A DNA stretch of 64,000 nucleotides. Source: Terriglobia bacterium (GTDB lineage Bacteria > Acidobacteriota > Terriglobia > Bryobacterales > Bryobacteraceae). Both the position numbers and the translations under genes were made by a program. This document shows positions 60,650 through 64,000 of this stretch, piece by piece. The stretch covers positions 76,110-140,109 of the forward strand of contig JAIQFN010000005.1 in NCBI GenBank assembly GCA_020073265.1, written 5' to 3'. The notes beneath the pieces were generated by a model. The model ran no database searches, was not told the origin of the DNA, and was given only the letters and a program-made list of their open reading frames with translations. Each line of letters starts with the position of its first letter. The first letter of the stretch is position 1.

Positions 60650-63631
60650 TTAGAACCCCAACCTCAGCATGAACTGGACCTGGCGTGGCGTGCCGGTGCC
60701 GATCGGCGTGGTGTTGATGGTCGACTGAATCACGCCAAACTGGGACGGAACCGTGAAGTCGCCGATCGGGTCGCCGTACTGCGCGCGATTGAAGATGTTA
60801 AACGCCTCCACGCGAAATTCGAGGGCGGCTCGCTCGCGCCAGGTGACGCGCTTCGAAAGCCCGAGATCGAGCTGATAGAGCGAAGGCCCGCGCGCCAGGT
60901 TGCGCCCCGCGTTGCCCCACGTACCCGGCGCCGGGACACGGAAGGCGGCCGGATTGATCCACTGTGCCGGAGTGGATCCGCCCGGCGGGGTCAGAGAGAC
61001 ACCCGGAGTCAGATCGGGGCGCTGGGTCAGGTTGTATCCGCCGGGCACCGCCGAGGCAGCGCGGCTGATGGTGACGTTCACCGGACGCCCGCTGCGGGCC
61101 GTTCCGATGCCACTCAAAGACCAGCCGCCCAGGACGCTCCGCAGAGCGCCCGGTTTCGAGAAGAACGCCTTGCCGGCGCCGAAGGGCAGTTCGTACACCG
61201 AGTTGGCGGTGAAGAAATGCCGGATGTCGAACGAACTCGAGGCTCGTTCGCAAGCCCGGCAAAACACGTTCTCGGGCGTGGTGGCATCGGTCTCGCCGCC
61301 CCCCAGCGAGCCGTCGTTGATGGCGTGCGACCACATGTAGTTGGCCCCCAGCAGCCAGCCCGAATGCAGCGATCGCTGCGCCGAAAGTTGCAATGCGTGG
61401 AACGTGCTGTTGCTGTCGTTGGTGCGATATTCGACTTGGCCGAACTGCGGATGCGGCGCGAGCCCCGTGACCGGGTTGGGGACATTCGCGTAGGTGATGG
61501 TCTGCAGGTCGGTCCCTTTGTTACCGAAGTAGGAAATGGTTCCGATGAAGCGCAGAGGCAGCGCCTGCTGCAGCGAAAAACCCCACTCGGAGGCGTATTC
61601 GTCCTTGCGATTGCGGTTCTGCGCGCGCGGCGACAGAATGCCCGGAGCGGTGGCGAGAAACGGATCGATGGGAAAGGCGAGCCCGGGGATCTGCTGCGAA
61701 TTGAGCGCATAGCGTGGAACGTCGTTGGACGCCGGAAGATTCTGATCTTCAAGCTGGCCGTCGCCGTGGTAAGTGCCGAAGCCCGCGCGAACCACGGTCT
61801 TGCCGCCAAATCGCTTCGGTGCCCACGCCACGCCTACTCGCGGATCGATGTCCTTGGTGCGCGGGTTCGAGAACTGCGCGCCGGGCTGGCAAAGGCCGCC
61901 GCAAGTGGCGAAGTCGAAGGGCACGGCGCGCCCGTCCGCCTCGTGAAATACGTTGAAGAAGGAGTAGCGGACACCCCAGTGGAAAGTCAGATTGGAGGCG
62001 GCTTTATAGTCGTCCTCGACGAATGCAAACACCTGGGTCTTGCGGAGGCGTTTGAGCGGCAGGGTGGCGGTCACGCTCGCCGAGTCGAGCGCGTTCGCGG
62101 CGAAGTTGTCGCGGCTGGTGTAGCTGAGCGTGCCATCGGCCGAGCTGGCCGGATCGGTCAGGATCCGGCGCACTTCGACACCGGTCTTGAGGGTGTGACG
62201 TCCGCGGGTGAACGACAGGTTGTCGATGATGGCGGCCGAAGTGTCGTCCTCCTCCCTGGTCCGGGCGCTGCTGACCGCGGTGAAACCGGTGACACGGAGG
62301 GTATAAGGAAGCGGCGTTATGTTGGACGTGCGCGAGAACACCTGGTTGAATCCGAGCCGCGTTTCATTCAGGGTGGACGGCGAGAGCACGCGCGTCAGCG
62401 TGAACACCCCGTTAAGGGGTCGCGTGTCGGTGACGGTGCGGTCGCGCAGGTTTGACAACGGAAGGTCGGTCACCGATTCGTCCGCGTTCACCCGCAGGAA
62501 GACGGTGGTCTGGTCGTTGAAGCGGTGGTCCAGCCGGAGCATGCCGGAGGTCTCGTCGGCGCGCTGCGGGCTGAGGCCGGCGAACAGGTCGGTGGCCGGA
62601 TCGTTGGGCTGCTGGCGCACGCCGGCTGTCGGGAACGCGGCGATCAAAGGGGCCAGCGCGGGACTTTGGGCCAGCAGCGAAGCGCGGTACGATGCGCTGG
62701 GCACAAAACCCTGCAAGGCCTGGTCCAGGCGCTGGCTCAATCCTTCGAACGCGGTAAAGAAGAAGGTCTGGTTCTTCACGATCGGCCCGCCGAAATCCGC
62801 GCCGAATTGATTCAGCCGAAAAGGCTGCTTGCCGCTCGCGAACGGGTTGCGCGCGTCGAGCAGATCGTTGCGCAGGAACTCGAAAACACTGGCGTGAGCC
62901 TGATTGGTGCCCGCGGGCGATGCGAGCACGATCTGCGCGCCGGAGCCAATACCGGTCTCTGCCGAGAACAAAGTGGAGTCGACTTTGAACTCGGAGATCG
63001 CCGACGTCGGGATGGCGAGACGCACCGCCGTCTTTTGCGGCTGGTTGGAGATGCCGCCTGCGTCGACGCCATCCAGAGTGAAGTTGTTGTCGTCGCGTCC
63101 GTGCCCGGCGAAGCGGACGCTACGCTGATCCGACGTTCCCGGATCCACTGCACCGGCGATGAGCGGCAACATCGAGGCCCAGTTCCGTCCATTGAGGGGA
63201 AGCGAGCTGATCTGCCGCTGTTCGATGCGATCGCCGATGGCCGCGGATTCCTGGTCGACTTCGCTCAGCCGCGCGGCGACCGACACCTGTGCGGTCTGCT
63301 GAGCCAGCGACAGCGTGACGTCGAGAGTCCGGGTTTGCCCAACCGACAAGCGGATTCCCGACACGCGCGCCTCGCCAAACCCTGCACTGGAGATGACGGC
63401 CGAGTAGGTGCCGATCGGCAAGCCGGCGAGAAAGTAGACGCCGGAGGCGCCGGTACGGGTGCCGCGGACGAGTTTGGTCTCCGCCTGCTGTACCTCGACG
63501 GCGGCGCCGGGGATCGGCCGGCCCTGCGCATCCACCACGGTTCCCGTGATGCCGGCCTGTTCGCTCTGAGACTTCGCAGCAACGGCCATCACGAGCAGGA
63601 ACAGAACTGTCAGCGCGGAGACTCTTAGCAT
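60650..63631 (-). CDS. TonB-dependent receptor with N-terminal carboxypeptidase-regulatory-like domain
   Basis: Signal peptide. ITGTVVDAQGRPIPGAAVEV…GVYFLAGLPIGTY. Plug region LNGRNW. Long beta-barrel ending …VQFMLRLGF. Confidence 0.9.
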   Translation of the reverse strand: MLRVSALTVLFLLVMAVAAKSQSEQAGITGTVVDAQGRPIPGAAVEVQQAETKLVRGTRTGASGVYFLAGLPIGTYSAVISSAGFGEARVSGIRLSVGQTRTLDVTLSLAQQTAQVSVAARLSEVDQESAAIGDRIEQRQISSLPLNGRNWASMLPLIAGAVDPGTSDQRSVRFAGHGRDDNNFTLDGVDAGGISNQPQKTAVRLAIPTSAISEFKVDSTLFSAETGIGSGAQIVLASPAGTNQAHASVFEFLRNDLLDARNPFASGKQPFRLNQFGADFGGPIVKNQTFFFTAFEGLSQRLDQALQGFVPSASYRASLLAQSPALAPLIAAFPTAGVRQQPNDPATDLFAGLSPQRADETSGMLRLDHRFNDQTTVFLRVNADESVTDLPLSNLRDRTVTDTRPLNGVFTLTRVLSPSTLNETRLGFNQVFSRTSNITPLPYTLRVTGFTAVSSARTREEDDTSAAIIDNLSFTRGRHTLKTGVEVRRILTDPASSADGTLSYTSRDNFAANALDSASVTATLPLKRLRKTQVFAFVEDDYKAASNLTFHWGVRYSFFNVFHEADGRAVPFDFATCGGLCQPGAQFSNPRTKDIDPRVGVAWAPKRFGGKTVVRAGFGTYHGDGQLEDQNLPASNDVPRYALNSQQIPGLAFPIDPFLATAPGILSPRAQNRNRKDEYASEWGFSLQQALPLRFIGTISYFGNKGTDLQTITYANVPNPVTGLAPHPQFGQVEYRTNDSNSTFHALQLSAQRSLHSGWLLGANYMWSHAINDGSLGGGETDATTPENVFCRACERASSSFDIRHFFTANSVYELPFGAGKAFFSKPGALRSVLGGWSLSGIGTARSGRPVNVTISRAASAVPGGYNLTQRPDLTPGVSLTPPGGSTPAQWINPAAFRVPAPGTWGNAGRNLARGPSLYQLDLGLSKRVTWRERAALEFRVEAFNIFNRAQYGDPIGDFTVPSQFGVIQSTINTTPIGTGTPRQVQFMLRLGF

Positions 63632-63805
63632 AAGCTACCAAAGTACCTTCGAGTGGTTACAAAAGAATGAATCTGAGCGCCGGTGGAGCAGGCGTCCGCG
63701 CCGCGCGAGACATGCTCGAGGGCTCCGGCGCAGAACGAGCCAGAGCGGGACGATCGAGCACCTTAGTCTAGCATGAACGATGCTGCAACGCTGATCGAAG
63801 TCTTA

Positions 63806-63863
63806 TCTCATGCAAGATGAGCCTGAAGCGGGAATCGGTTTCTCACACAAGATGAGCCTGAAG
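63806..63863 (+). repeat. 23-nt direct repeat x2 (21/23 identical), 35-nt period
   Basis: tctcaTGcaagatgagcctgaag (63806-63828) and tctcaCAcaagatgagcctgaag (63841-63863). A weaker tgagcctg core recurs near 63916. Confidence 0.55.
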
Positions 63864-63885
63864 GGGCGATTGCGCATGCTGGGGA

Positions 63886-64000
63886 TTGAAGATCAGCGTG
63901 CTAGAAGGACAACGATTGAGCCTGGAGCAGATCCGGGCATTTCTGGAAGGCAGTTCGGAGCTGCGTTTTCAAGCCAGCCATCGGCAAGAGCTGTATGCCT
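63886..64000 (+). CDS. possible 5' end of a DDE transposase/integrase-like gene (partial, runs off window)
   Basis: (L)KISVLEGQRLSLEQIRAFLEGSSELRFQASHRQELYA… resembles, from memory only, the N-terminus of Mu-like/integrase-core transposases. Start would be TTG 63886 or GTG 63898. Confidence 0.3.
   Translation, partial: MKISVLEGQRLSLEQIRAFLEGSSELRFQASHRQELYA

Overview
This is a visibly GC-rich bacterial chromosomal segment (G+C not computed). I call about 60 protein genes, one tRNA-Leu(CAG), three or four decayed genes and several small repeats. I saw no rRNA, CRISPR array or complete mobile element. The gene content suggests an Acidobacteriota (Solibacter-like) origin, but that is inference: TIGR03437-like 'Solibacter C-terminal' Ig modules, PEP-CTERM tails, a CarboxypepD_reg-type TonB-dependent receptor, Hanks kinases fused to TolB-like propellers or TPRs, and several ECF sigma factors. 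Recognisable housekeeping genes are uvrD/pcrA, pdxR-pdxS-pdxT, an APC amino-acid permease, an Lgt-like gene and tRNA-Leu.

Most worth a second look:
1. 7.4-15.6 kb: three GT-C-like polytopic membrane proteins (two are paralogs), a prenyltransferase-repeat protein, a Tat-signal DUF362-like protein, a LarA-like protein and an orphan Ser-rich flp pilin. This may be an undescribed polyprenyl-dependent envelope or pilin glycosylation module.
2. 39.0-43.0 kb: a heme-c::PHM/DBH-like copper monooxygenase fusion, a secreted partner and a TPR-retropepsin protease.
3. 34.7-35.4 kb: an HNH nuclease with a small upstream partner.
4. A 46-nt double-hairpin REP-like element present twice, in the same orientation relative to local transcription.
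5. An unannotated 52-aa highly basic ORF translationally coupled to uvrD.
6. A tandem-repeat, alternative-hairpin leader in front of the permease gene.
7. Two RHH antitoxin genes, each followed by an N-terminally truncated PIN toxin remnant.

All calls come from reading the ORF translations and the DNA by eye. No homology search, folding or statistics was run. Many long ORFs in the track are antisense shadows typical of high-GC DNA and were not called.
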